The notes beneath the pieces were generated by a model. It was not told the origin of the DNA and made no database searches. It saw only the letters and a list, made by a program, of their open reading frames with translations. Shown one piece after another: positions 1 through 8,878 of a stretch of DNA of 64,000 bases. The stretch is from a virus (lineage: Duplodnaviria > Caudoviricetes), in the IMG/VR virus record IMGVR_UViG_3300021426_000071, positions 32,001 to 96,000 of that record; one strand, given 5' to 3'. Position numbers and translations under genes: made by a program. The first letter of the stretch is position 1. Each line of letters starts with the position of its first letter.

Positions 1-315
1 GATCGGGATCGTATTGACAACGGGCTTTCCGTCCTTATCTTTCTCGTTCGGATCTTCCTTCCGCATGATCTTCCAGAAGACTACGAACTCGGACTTGGCA
101 CCCTTATTTACTTTGCCACCCATCTCCTGCACCTGTTTGAAGGTGAGGTAGCCGTCGTTATGGCTAAGAAGAAGCTGATTCAGCAGTGAGTAGCGGCGTT
201 TCGTTTTGTAGTTGTACGCTCCGTTTACCGTGCCAGTCCAGCCGCGCTGCCACGGAATGATTCCTTCCTGAAGCTTACTGATGATTCTGTTTGTAACCAT
301 TTCATAAACGTTCAT
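1..315 (-). CDS. ardC: ArdC-like antirestriction / ssDNA-binding protein, N-terminal part (runs off the window)
   Basis: Not in the ORF track. Manual translation MNVYEMVTNRIISKLQEGIIPWQRGW...YSLLNQLLL...YLTFKQVQEMGGKVNKGAKS matches the ArdC-N (DUF1738) pattern. GGAGG RBS upstream. Confidence 0.85.
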   Translation of the reverse strand, partial: MNVYEMVTNRIISKLQEGIIPWQRGWTGTVNGAYNYKTKRRYSLLNQLLLSHNDGYLTFKQVQEMGGKVNKGAKSEFVVFWKIMRKEDPNEKDKDGKPVVNTIPI

Positions 316-325
316 GTTTCCCTCC

Positions 326-553
326 TTATTTATTATCTGTGCAGATATATCCTTCGTCGTCTAAATACGACCGTAATTTATCTACGTCCCTTGACATAGC
401 AGCTTCTACAAACACATACCTTCCTTTATAGAGTTTGTAGAAATCATGGTTGCCATCAATTCGATTTGTATAAGTCTTTGTTTCCGTATCAAACGCAACT
501 CCGTTACAAGTTCCGTCTTTGCGACAATGACAATATTTTAAAACCTGTCTCAT
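326..553 (-). CDS. hypothetical phage protein
   Basis: ORF in the tightly packed minus-strand gene string; likely start MRQVLKY. Confidence 0.6.
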   Translation of the reverse strand: MRQVLKYCHCRKDGTCNGVAFDTETKTYTNRIDGNHDFYKLYKGRYVFVEAAMSRDVDKLRSYLDDEGYICTDNK

Positions 554-585
554 ACCTTCCCCTTTCATCCAATGTTCAATATCGC

Positions 586-771
586 TTACATCTTAATTAG
601 AATGGCTTCCTTTATTACTTCGGAGAGTTCTCCAGTTGCCTTATCAAGATCGATCACGATATCGGGAGGGCAATCTCCGTATTTAATACCGTATTCGTCC
701 TGAATCTTAAGAAAAACATCCGTTACTGCATCATTGAGCAGTTTAAAAATTCTCTCGTACATATCATCCAA
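586..771 (-). CDS. small acidic hypothetical protein
   Basis: ORF overlapping the upstream stop; acidic composition. Confidence 0.65.
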   Translation of the reverse strand: MDDMYERIFKLLNDAVTDVFLKIQDEYGIKYGDCPPDIVIDLDKATGELSEVIKEAILIKM

Positions 772-982
772 GAATCACAGAATGCTCTGCATCAGTTACA
801 TGCATAAATGAACAGGTGGAATAAATTGCGTACTGCACATCTTCCTGATTCGTAGTAAAACCATAAGACAGATCGTGGAATCCGTTCCATTCCTCATCGG
901 CAGGCACAATTACGTTGCAATCGCCGAATCCATATTCAATCGCTCCATCACACAGATTTCTAAGTTCGCTAATCGTCATCAT
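764..982 (-). CDS. small acidic hypothetical protein
   Basis: ORF with GAGGTG RBS. Confidence 0.65.
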   Translation of the reverse strand: MMTISELRNLCDGAIEYGFGDCNVIVPADEEWNGFHDLSYGFTTNQEDVQYAIYSTCSFMHVTDAEHSVILG

Positions 983-991
983 TTCACCTCA

Positions 992-1243
992 TCAGCCCAC
1001 ATAACAAACCACATCATTTACAACATCCCAGACATCTTTTCTGTACTTGATAATGTCGCACAACAGAGACATATCAACCGCATCGACCGAATAAGTGGTG
1101 CGGTCATATATATCCTCTGGATTAGGAACATCTTCAAGTTTTCTATTTGCCGTCATTGCTGCATCGATAGCCCCAGTTTCCGTTTTGGCATTTACAAGAA
1201 ACTGTGTTAAATCAGGTTCCCAAGTAACCAGCCACAGCGTCAT
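992..1243 (-). CDS. hypothetical protein
   Basis: ORF with GGGAGGAG RBS. Confidence 0.65.
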   Translation of the reverse strand: MTLWLVTWEPDLTQFLVNAKTETGAIDAAMTANRKLEDVPNPEDIYDRTTYSVDAVDMSLLCDIIKYRKDVWDVVNDVVCYVG

Positions 1244-1287
1244 TTACATCTCCTCCCTTCATTCGCATACATAACAGTCATTGTTCA

Positions 1288-1485
1288 TCATCCCAGAACC
1301 CTCCCGTCAAGAATGTGGTCAATGGTATTTAATGTCACCGCGAATGACTCGATCTCAGGGATTGTCATATCAGCGCATTTCCTTACGGAATCCCTGAGAT
1401 CAATAAGAGTTGCCTTTGCGGTAAGAAGCCGCTCCCTATCTTCCTTGTTGAGATCAACTCGCATATACAGATTTACGTTAAACAT
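1288..1485 (-). CDS. hypothetical protein (start MFNVNLY)
   Basis: 3' part of track ORF 1288..1626; GGAGGGAG RBS before the internal ATG. Confidence 0.55.
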   Translation of the reverse strand: MFNVNLYMRVDLNKEDRERLLTAKATLIDLRDSVRKCADMTIPEIESFAVTLNTIDHILDGRVLG

Positions 1486-1486
1486 A

Positions 1487-1720
1487 TTAATTCTCCCTCC
1501 ACTCTTCGATCTCTTCGTCTGTGAAATCATTTTCAAAATCCATTGCGTACCAATACTCAGCCGGAGAATTGAACTCACCTTTCGGATCTGCGAGATCGTA
1601 CAGTGCGTCCTCTTCGTCCTCATCAATGTCGTAATTCTGATACTGATCGTGAATCCAGCCCAGCACCCACGGAATCGACTTCGTCTTCAGTAACTCTTTT
1701 ACCTTATCTGCTCTCATCAT
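1487..1720 (-). CDS. highly acidic small protein
   Basis: AAAGGAG RBS; D/E-rich. Confidence 0.7.
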   Translation of the reverse strand: MMRADKVKELLKTKSIPWVLGWIHDQYQNYDIDEDEEDALYDLADPKGEFNSPAEYWYAMDFENDFTDEEIEEWREN

Positions 1721-1729
1721 TTTCTCCTT

Positions 1730-1969
1730 TCAGAACGAGAGATTAATCCGCTCGTTAACATCCTCACTAATTGCGTCAACCAGATTCTGCAAGAAGGAAT
1801 AGGTTACCTTCTCACAAAATTCGTTCTCAAGTTTCGCGTACTCCTCGTCCGTTTCCACATCGGTTTCGGGATCTTCAATCCCCTTTGCTGCACAAAATGC
1901 GTAAAAGAGATCAACCGAATTCCATCTGAGATTGTCGTCGAGATACTTGTCGATTTTTGCGAGTGTCAT
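1730..1969 (-). CDS. acidic small protein
   Basis: AAGGAGG RBS preceded by a TAAATAGGGTA motif. Confidence 0.7.
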   Translation of the reverse strand: MTLAKIDKYLDDNLRWNSVDLFYAFCAAKGIEDPETDVETDEEYAKLENEFCEKVTYSFLQNLVDAISEDVNERINLSF

Positions 1970-2001
1970 ATTCAGCCCTCCTTTATTACCCTATTTATGA
2001 T

Positions 2002-2733
2002 TTAATGTGCATTGAAAACAACGTGTTCATTTGCCTTAAGTACCCAGCACCCTTCTTTGTAGAAGTGGCAAGCCGAGCAGTTGCCGCCGCAGTAGTACGC
2101 ACCGAACTCCGGCGCAGTCGTGTCTCCGTTCTCCCAAAGAACGTGTGACTCAGGAACGTGATGCGGATTGCTGATCTCCATTCCTTCCCATCTCGAATAA
2201 ATCGGATGCACATTAGAAGGAAAGCCGAAGTTGTCAGGGTTCATATAAATGTAATCGTCAATGAAGTTATTGCATCCATCGTAATTCTTGGTGAAGAACA
2301 AGATGTCCGTTCCCTTATTGTTATCTCCGACTTTAGCAACGAAGCTGAAGTCATCATCCGTAAGATCGCCACCAACATTCAGCCGCAGCTCCGTTACGAA
2401 TTCTGCCTTAATTCCGTCGTCGATCTCCTGCCAGTAGCGGGCGGGATCTGCCATGTGGATCGCGCTGTTCTGCGCTCTCAGATTCACACATCCCTTCTGG
2501 ATGCAATCATGTCTGACGTCGTAGCAGTTCCCTCTGCAACCAGAGCAGTTGGGGCAGTCAATAATCGGAAGCAGTGAAGCTGTACGACAGTTGACACCCG
2601 TCTTCGAGTTGCCGGGAACAAGTCTGACATGAATGTTTGCAACATCTTTCAGGTACTCATCCCTCAGCTTCAGGTATCTTTTTACGGCTCTCTGAATTGC
2701 CGCGTTGCCCCACTCGCCCTTTCTCTTTGCCAT
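2002..2733 (-). CDS. GP88-family (radical-SAM-like, Cys-rich) phage protein
   Basis: GNSKTG...LLPIIDCPNCSGC..CY, RLNVGGD, FFTK, and a C-terminal CGGNCSACHF..GCW...F.AH pattern. Confidence 0.7.
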   Translation of the reverse strand: MAKRKGEWGNAAIQRAVKRYLKLRDEYLKDVANIHVRLVPGNSKTGVNCRTASLLPIIDCPNCSGCRGNCYDVRHDCIQKGCVNLRAQNSAIHMADPARYWQEIDDGIKAEFVTELRLNVGGDLTDDDFSFVAKVGDNNKGTDILFFTKNYDGCNNFIDDYIYMNPDNFGFPSNVHPIYSRWEGMEISNPHHVPESHVLWENGDTTAPEFGAYYCGGNCSACHFYKEGCWVLKANEHVVFNAH

Positions 2734-2751
2734 CTTGCGCACTCCTTTCGC

Positions 2752-3312
2752 TTAATATGTGCAACCTTTAGGATAGAACTCATTCTGTCTCCAGAAGTTG
2801 GACTCGTTTGCCTTGGAAGGATAGAAACACTTTAAGCAGTCATGCGGGCATTCCATCCCAGCCATGATGATTTCCTCAAAAGGAGCGTCTGGATCTAAGA
2901 CGCCAGCGCCGATCCGCTCATCTCCCTTAAACAGCTGATAGAAGAGACCTTCATAGTCTGCGAGCAGCATTCGTAAATCCAACCATGTTTCAACCATCAT
3001 TTCTTTTACGAGCGTTCCGTCTTCTGGATAATTTGCGTAATGTGTCAGATCATCATCTTTCTCTGCTGTAATCACAATTCTGTACTTCATATCCCTTAAT
3101 AACCTCCGCGCCCAATCTACACGATCCGGCAAATCGTTTCCGCAGTATTTAATCTCTTCCTTTAGTGTGTCTGAGATCGCATCATAGTCTCCCTTGAGCA
3201 ACGCATCTTCAATATCGCGAATATAGAAGTGTCTTGCGTCATCTGGCGGCTCGACCATATCTAAATCTGTCATAAACTCAAACATCTCTTCCGCGAATTT
3301 TCGTATGTCCAT
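2752..3312 (-). CDS. hypothetical protein
   Basis: 186 aa ORF with GAGGT RBS. Confidence 0.7.
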   Translation of the reverse strand: MDIRKFAEEMFEFMTDLDMVEPPDDARHFYIRDIEDALLKGDYDAISDTLKEEIKYCGNDLPDRVDWARRLLRDMKYRIVITAEKDDDLTHYANYPEDGTLVKEMMVETWLDLRMLLADYEGLFYQLFKGDERIGAGVLDPDAPFEEIIMAGMECPHDCLKCFYPSKANESNFWRQNEFYPKGCTY

Positions 3313-3321
3313 TGCGTTACC

Positions 3322-3528
3322 TCACAGTTTGTAAACATGAACTCCGTCCTTGGTCGCTTCACAGAAGCAGCCCATCTCAACGAGTCGGGTGATAATTGCG
3401 GGCGGGCATTCCTTAATCACAATTCCCTTAACGCATGTCGTTCCCTGAAGTCTCCCGAACTGAAGCGTTACAGGTGATGTGTTCTTCGAAGTCTCATAGA
3501 TAACCTTGACAATGTCGAATTCGTTCAT
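3322..3528 (-). CDS. hypothetical protein
   Basis: AAAGGAG RBS. Confidence 0.65.
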   Translation of the reverse strand: MNEFDIVKVIYETSKNTSPVTLQFGRLQGTTCVKGIVIKECPPAIITRLVEMGCFCEATKDGVHVYKL

Positions 3529-3543
3529 TTCGCTTACTCCTTT

Positions 3544-3705
3544 TCAGTCGTATATAACCTGATTTCCATCCTCATCTTCAATAAAGAACAGTTCTGCATC
3601 ATGTCCTTCCGCTTCCCATTTCTTCTGTGCTTCGTCAACCGAAGCCGCATCGATCCACTCCTCTTCCACAACTGTACGGATATACACAACTCTATATGTC
3701 CCCAT
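3544..3705 (-). CDS. 53-aa acidic hypothetical protein (not in ORF track)
   Basis: Manual translation MGTYRVVYIRTVVEEEWIDAASVDEAQKKWEAEGHDAELFFIEDEDGNQVIYD*; AAAGGAG RBS; fills the gap exactly. Confidence 0.7.
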   Translation of the reverse strand: MGTYRVVYIRTVVEEEWIDAASVDEAQKKWEAEGHDAELFFIEDEDGNQVIYD

Positions 3706-3719
3706 TTCGCTTACTCCTT

Positions 3720-4103
3720 TCACATATCAACCGTGATCGTCCCCTCGACTCCATCGCAATGCGTCTGTAAATAATCAGCGATCATCTTCGCACAACAGTT
3801 ACTCCATTTCTGTTTTGTCCGTGATATCCGACAGTGTTTTTTATAATCCCAATACTTCAATTCTTCGGCGCAGAAATCGCCGATCCTGTCATCATATTCG
3901 TTTATGTGATACAGTACCGCCTCGGCCTCTCCGCCATAACGGCTTACAATGTACATCGGATTATCATTGTCGAATTCGTCGATTCTCTTAACGCCACACC
4001 AGTCGTAACACTCATCTTCCGTTCCACAGGCGAAGTCAATAACCTCACCCACCTTCATATCATTTACAAGCGTTGCAAGATCGATCAGTTTCATTTCCCT
4101 CAT
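3720..4103 (-). CDS. hypothetical protein
   Basis: GAGGAG RBS. Confidence 0.65.
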   Translation of the reverse strand: MREMKLIDLATLVNDMKVGEVIDFACGTEDECYDWCGVKRIDEFDNDNPMYIVSRYGGEAEAVLYHINEYDDRIGDFCAEELKYWDYKKHCRISRTKQKWSNCCAKMIADYLQTHCDGVEGTITVDM

Positions 4104-4114
4104 ATATTCTCCTC

Positions 4115-4372
4115 TCAGTGATCTGTACCATGACCGCAGATAATCAGTTCATCGTTTTTCTTTCGCCGGATCTCCATTCGAAGAGGATCAGAGGGATCAT
4201 GCCACGTTCCGTAGAAAACGCACTCCTCAAGATAGTGGTCGGGATCGAGATCCCAGATCCCTTCCAGATAGAGTTCGTAACAATCAGCCATATCCATCTT
4301 GTCGAAGATCTGTATCGGTTTCTCTATTGCCGAATAAATTTCGCCTTCCATCTCATACTTAACAAGAAACAT
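4115..4372 (-). CDS. acidic hypothetical protein (start MFLVKYE)
   Basis: Internal ATG after AAAGGAAG, downstream of the stop of the upstream gene. Confidence 0.6.
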   Translation of the reverse strand: MFLVKYEMEGEIYSAIEKPIQIFDKMDMADCYELYLEGIWDLDPDHYLEECVFYGTWHDPSDPLRMEIRRKKNDELIICGHGTDH

Positions 4373-4376
4373 TTCT

Positions 4377-4883
4377 TCACTTCCTTTCCGTCCACGGCTC
4401 CGGGAGCGGCTGCCATGCAAGTACGTCATCGTCATCAAGATCTCCAAATAACATATCATTCCATTTTTCTTTTCCGCTTCGTGGATCGCATGATCTATGT
4501 GCCGTACATACACTCGGAAGATTCGACCTAAAATTCAATGGTTTTTTAGAGATGAGTACATATGTTCCAACTTCTGGCAACCTCTTACTGCACGGTATCC
4601 ACCCCTGTTCTGGCTGTGCAGGCGGCTCGGTACTAACAACTCTGTCGCAGTAAAGTCCGCCATCCGCTTTCGCTCTTGTCATGAGTCTCAGGAAGAGACC
4701 CATCAGTTCCGCGAACGTGTCGTCATCTGCGTAGTACTCCAGATCTTCGTCCGTCGTTTCGCTTGTGATATCTCCGTCCGCAACTCCTGCGTAGAGCCAC
4801 GGCATGAAGATATCCTCGTTGTTGATGCATCTCACAAGTGTTTCCATTGCACGGATTACTTCCGCTCTTTCCTTAAGCTTCAT
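4377..4883 (-). CDS. phage protein with C-terminal DUF551-like domain
   Basis: WIPCSKRLPE....VLI ... VLAWQPLPEPW motif. Confidence 0.7.
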   Translation of the reverse strand: MKLKERAEVIRAMETLVRCINNEDIFMPWLYAGVADGDITSETTDEDLEYYADDDTFAELMGLFLRLMTRAKADGGLYCDRVVSTEPPAQPEQGWIPCSKRLPEVGTYVLISKKPLNFRSNLPSVCTAHRSCDPRSGKEKWNDMLFGDLDDDDVLAWQPLPEPWTERK

Positions 4884-4943
4884 AGATGATCTCTCCTTTC
4901 CCATCTTCAATAGTGACTACCTTCAACCGCTAGTGTTACATGG

Positions 4944-5135
4944 TTACCGCTCCCTTCTTCTAAGATCGATCATGTCCTGCTGATACCATCCGTACTGCAC
5001 CTCGGGATCGTTATAATAACCGTCCAGAAACACCTCGCCATCTTCTGCCCACGCCCTCTCATACTCGCGGCTCGCTTCGGTTGTGTTCATACCTTTTGCC
5101 TTGCAGTTCTCCACAAACTCATAAATGTCGATCAT
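4944..5135 (-). CDS. hypothetical protein
   Basis: AAGGTG RBS. Confidence 0.6.
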   Translation of the reverse strand: MIDIYEFVENCKAKGMNTTEASREYERAWAEDGEVFLDGYYNDPEVQYGWYQQDMIDLRRRER

Positions 5136-5140
5136 CTATA

Positions 5141-5284
5141 TCACCTTCTTCCTTGTAATGTCCATCCATACTCAAAGTGATCTGCTTTACGAACAACAGT
5201 TGTTGCACCATCCGTAATAATCAGCTTGTGTTCTTCAACGATATTTCCTTTCTCATCTGTAATAATCACTACGCCTATACTCAT
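5141..5284 (-). CDS. 47-aa hypothetical protein (not in ORF track)
   Basis: Manual translation MSIGVVIITDEKGNIVEEHKLIITDG...; fills the gap. Confidence 0.5.
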   Translation of the reverse strand: MSIGVVIITDEKGNIVEEHKLIITDGATTVVRKADHFEYGWTLQGRR

Positions 5285-5300
5285 ATCTGCTACCCTAATT

Positions 5301-5477
5301 TCATTTTGTGGTCACAAAATCGAAATCCCTTATTTCAGTCATGTTACGTTTGCCATTGCAAAATGGACAAAACAGCATCTTTAAATGTCCTCTCTTTCTC
5401 GCCCGATCCATTCGCCTTGGAATAGGAAATGCGTTTCCGCACTCGGGGCATATACATCTGCTTATGTTATATTTCAT
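5301..5477 (-). CDS. small zinc-ribbon protein
   Basis: CPECG...CPFC pairs; basic. Confidence 0.65.
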   Translation of the reverse strand: MKYNISRCICPECGNAFPIPRRMDRARKRGHLKMLFCPFCNGKRNMTEIRDFDFVTTK

Positions 5478-5983
5478 CTCTCCCCGTCGGCACCCGTACT
5501 CGCAGCCCCGCACCCGCTGTGTTCGTAGCGAGCCACGGCGGAACTGTACCTCGCGTTTGCCTTTTCCGCCTTTCTCTTAATTGCTTCTACACACTTTTCC
5601 TCAAACTGCTTCTGAAATTCGTCTCGAAGATCCGGCCACTTCGTTGCAAAGTCAAAAAGGTAACTGCGTTCCCTACTTCCTTCGTTGGGCATCCTAGTAA
5701 AAAAGATCGGTATCCCAACCGTTTTCCCTTCATATTTTCCAAGATATACTCGATTGTCTTCATAAAACAAGATCGAATAACCGCCGCCCATTGTCTCAAC
5801 AACAATCGTGTCTCCGATCTCCGTTGCTACATCACGAAAGGGTGACAGGTCAGCCACCATCCTTCTGTAGAGATCCTCTGTGTACTCGCGGATTTCCGTA
5901 TCAATCCGCTCGATCTCTTCATCCTGTCTCGCAATCATCTCGTTAAGTTCTGCATTCAGCTTCCTAATATCAATAAGTCCCAT
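5474..5983 (-). CDS. coiled-coil hypothetical protein
   Basis: 169 aa; AAGGAG RBS. Confidence 0.7.
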   Translation of the reverse strand: MGLIDIRKLNAELNEMIARQDEEIERIDTEIREYTEDLYRRMVADLSPFRDVATEIGDTIVVETMGGGYSILFYEDNRVYLGKYEGKTVGIPIFFTRMPNEGSRERSYLFDFATKWPDLRDEFQKQFEEKCVEAIKRKAEKANARYSSAVARYEHSGCGAASTGADGER

Positions 5984-5995
5984 CTCATATTCTCC

Positions 5996-6259
5996 TTATT
6001 CCAGTACTTCAAAGTGTTTATTGTTTCCCTCAAGCCAAGCGACCAGATCGTTTGTCCAATCATGAGTATACTCACTCATGAATGTATCGAAGTCGCATTC
6101 GTTCTCTTGCAGTATTTTGTTTTCATTGAGCCACTCAATAAGATCAGCTTTGTCCAAGCTTAAATACGCGGTGTTGTCGTCTCCGTACTCAGGATTGTCC
6201 CACCAATCACTGTAAATATTATCTGCATAAACACTAACCACGACATATTCATTGCTCAT
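5996..6259 (-). CDS. acidic hypothetical protein
   Basis: ORF in the gene string. Confidence 0.65.
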   Translation of the reverse strand: MSNEYVVVSVYADNIYSDWWDNPEYGDDNTAYLSLDKADLIEWLNENKILQENECDFDTFMSEYTHDWTNDLVAWLEGNNKHFEVLE

Positions 6260-6275
6260 ATTTGCCTACCTTTAC

Positions 6276-6644
6276 TTATACGAAATCAAACTGAGGATTG
6301 TTGCGTCTCGCCAACATACGGCGGCACATATCCTTTGTGGTATCATTCCAGTGCTTCTGTCTATCTGTGTATCTGCCATCGGAAAATACAATTCCGTTGT
6401 TGCGGATCATGTGAACCCAATAGTGGCAGTTATCTGTCCACATTGCATTCACGTCTAAGCTATACGGCATCTCGTCAGGTCTAAAAATCGTGGTGTCCGG
6501 GTCAGGAATTGAGATATAATCCTTATAGCTTCGCTTACAGAGTCCGAAGAACCAATCTTCAAATCCGTTAAGCGACATGAATGTCTTCTGTTTATCGCGC
6601 ATAATATAGTCGTTTGTATACTCCTCGTAATATACGGTCACCAT
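6276..6644 (-). CDS. hypothetical protein
   Basis: AAAGGAG RBS. Confidence 0.7.
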   Translation of the reverse strand: MVTVYYEEYTNDYIMRDKQKTFMSLNGFEDWFFGLCKRSYKDYISIPDPDTTIFRPDEMPYSLDVNAMWTDNCHYWVHMIRNNGIVFSDGRYTDRQKHWNDTTKDMCRRMLARRNNPQFDFV

Positions 6645-6660
6645 AGTTTTCTCCTTTCAG

Positions 6661-7014
6661 TTAGTTATAGAAATACCTATTAATCCGCTCACTACACGCG
6701 CCGCTCGGCAGTTCCCTCACCCCAATCGCAGGAAGGTAACTGACATAGTAAAGATCCAGATTGTAGATCTCCTTAAACTGTTTCCCTAACCGCTTATACC
6801 ACCTCTCTTCCTTATTCTCTGATTCCTGTGTGTATCGCGAATTGCAACTGCGCTCGTTGTTTGCGAGATACAGATTCCGTTCTGCCAGACCGCAAAGTCT
6901 GTAGAAGCTGTTCATCATGCGGTGCGCTTCCCTATAGTCCGCGTCCGTAGGGAAGTCGGTCTTGTAAGCAACAAGCCTGTCGATCTCCTGTTCCCTTAAC
7001 TGAGCAATCGTCAT
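6661..7014 (-). CDS. hypothetical protein
   Basis: GGAGGT RBS. Confidence 0.7.
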   Translation of the reverse strand: MTIAQLREQEIDRLVAYKTDFPTDADYREAHRMMNSFYRLCGLAERNLYLANNERSCNSRYTQESENKEERWYKRLGKQFKEIYNLDLYYVSYLPAIGVRELPSGACSERINRYFYN

Positions 7015-7015
7015 A

Positions 7016-7522
7016 TTACACCTCCAACTTAATCAGCTTTCCGCCGCATCTGCCACATCTGTAGTACATATAGTTGCGAGTAAACTTGCTCGCCCTTCTC
7101 CGTCTTATAACGCCGCCGCATCCTTCGCATCTAAACTTGTACTTCACGGACTCTCTCGGCTTTACGTCAGCAGGATCAACTCCCTTTGACTCAGCCGAAT
7201 TGGTTCTCGTGATGTCATAGCCAAGGCGATCCTTCACCATCGCGGCATACCCCTTCCATTTCGCTTTATGGTTCATACAGCCGTCGCAAGTATGGATGAT
7301 CTCGTGATACAGCGTGTTTCTCAGCCCGTCATCGTGGTTTCCATCACACAGCAAGTGGTTGATGTTGATGTGGTAGCCATCGGGACGCCGCTGGCACTGA
7401 CCCCATCGCCGCGCTCTTGTGTTAATTGTGAAATCCCTTATGTTTCCATAAGGGATTCCGATATGGTCAAGCTGAACCATGCAGTCTTTTGCGATTGCGT
7501 CAAGATAGTCTGCGTTACTCAT
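7016..7522 (-). CDS. SprT-like zinc metalloprotease with C-terminal zinc ribbon
   Basis: RWGQC, TLYHEIIH (HExxH), H...WK, C-terminal CEGC...CGRCGG. Confidence 0.85.
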   Translation of the reverse strand: MSNADYLDAIAKDCMVQLDHIGIPYGNIRDFTINTRARRWGQCQRRPDGYHININHLLCDGNHDDGLRNTLYHEIIHTCDGCMNHKAKWKGYAAMVKDRLGYDITRTNSAESKGVDPADVKPRESVKYKFRCEGCGGVIRRRRASKFTRNYMYYRCGRCGGKLIKLEV

Positions 7523-7766
7523 CTAATACATCACCTCCAATCGCTTCGTTGTATCCAACTTCCTTCAGTCCACGATCATAGTAGATGTTTGAATGGGCAT
7601 ATCTAATTCGGTTGCCATCATAGAGCCTGATAAATACAGGGGTAGGAGATGGAATACATTCCGTCGGATACTCTCCGCTGCTCCACAAAAACCCTCGTTC
7701 TTCAAGCACTTCGAGCAGATGTCTTAACGCGTTTTCCGTTGGAACTTTTACAAATACTTCACTCAT
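7515..7766 (-). CDS. small protein, paralog family member 1
   Basis: VFVKVPTE...GFLW...EVGYNEA, shared with 4 other ORFs. Confidence 0.7.
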   Translation of the reverse strand: MSEVFVKVPTENALRHLLEVLEERGFLWSSGEYPTECIPSPTPVFIRLYDGNRIRYAHSNIYYDRGLKEVGYNEAIGGDVLDE

Positions 7767-7989
7767 ACATAAGCACCTCGTTTATACCGACTTCTATATA
7801 GTTATCAAAGTAGAGTCCACAGCACATTCTGTTATCAGAACCAATCTTCAAAAACTTTGGAAACACGTTCGGTATCCAGCCGGACGGCCTCTGTCCCTCG
7901 ACCCACCTCAAGTCATCAATCGTATCAAGGTGCTTCAGCACCTCACGGCAGATGTTTTCCGTTGGACAATACACAGAAAATTCCCTCAT
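7759..7989 (-). CDS. small protein, paralog family member 2
   Basis: FSVYCPTE...LRW...EVGINEVL. Confidence 0.7.
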   Translation of the reverse strand: MREFSVYCPTENICREVLKHLDTIDDLRWVEGQRPSGWIPNVFPKFLKIGSDNRMCCGLYFDNYIEVGINEVLMYE

Positions 7990-8864
7990 CTTTTCCCTCC
8001 AATCATCTTCATAATCATATTTGCCTGTGGCGCATCATCGATGGTGGCGAGTTCACCACCATCAAAGACGTATTTGAACAGCGCCACGGTTGCCTTCCTG
8101 AACTCCGAATCGGAGTCGATATACCCCAGCAGATCGACCCAATCCTTCTGGAACTCGCGTTTCGGTTTCTCTGCAACCTTGACGACGGGCTGTGCGACCT
8201 TTTGACTCGACAGATCAACCCCGAGCACCTCGGCGATCTTTCCCTTAAACGCATCGGTCGGGATATACCCGTCTCTGCGAATTCGACCGAGCGTTGTCGT
8301 AGATACGTCAAGCTGCTTTGCGAGCTTGGCCTGTGTCATCTTCTTCTTGGTCATTCCTGCGGCGATCTGCGCCCACATCGCCTTCCCTGTCTGTGCCTGT
8401 TCTTCGCTTGCAGGAGGGACAATTACCTTCTCGCTCTTGTCCATCGGCTTCATCCCATACCGCTTCGCTATCACTTCGATATCGTTGCCAAACAGGTCTT
8501 TCAGCTTGGCGTAGGTTCCCTTGGTGATGCTTCGCGTTATGCCACGCTCAAGCGTGCTGATTACGGACATGCTGATTCCTGTCACCTCGGAGACCTCGTC
8601 CCTTGACAGGCCGGACTTTTCGCGCAGCCTTCTGAAGTCACGACCGAAAGACGTGAACTCCAAGTCGTCTCCGCACAGTTCCCTTACAGAGACATTGAAC
8701 TTATTGGACATAGTTTCGAGGACTCGGGGATCGGCTTCGTAATGGCCGTTGAGGTAGCCCGCGAACTCGTCCGTTGTGATACCACACATGGCCGCCGCGT
8801 TTGCGGCAGTCAGGTTGTTATGCTCTAAGATGTTCTGAAGATTATTAGAAAAACTCATTTGCAT
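7986..8864 (-). CDS. multi-domain XRE-family helix-turn-helix regulator (three HTH domains)
   Basis: Three HTH_3-like segments: LTAANAAAMCGIT...YLNG, LSRDEVSEVTGISMSVISTLERG, MTQAKLAKQLDVSTTTLGRI. Confidence 0.8.
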   Translation of the reverse strand: MQMSFSNNLQNILEHNNLTAANAAAMCGITTDEFAGYLNGHYEADPRVLETMSNKFNVSVRELCGDDLEFTSFGRDFRRLREKSGLSRDEVSEVTGISMSVISTLERGITRSITKGTYAKLKDLFGNDIEVIAKRYGMKPMDKSEKVIVPPASEEQAQTGKAMWAQIAAGMTKKKMTQAKLAKQLDVSTTTLGRIRRDGYIPTDAFKGKIAEVLGVDLSSQKVAQPVVKVAEKPKREFQKDWVDLLGYIDSDSEFRKATVALFKYVFDGGELATIDDAPQANMIMKMIGGKR

Positions 8865-8878
8865 TTCCTCCCCTTAAA

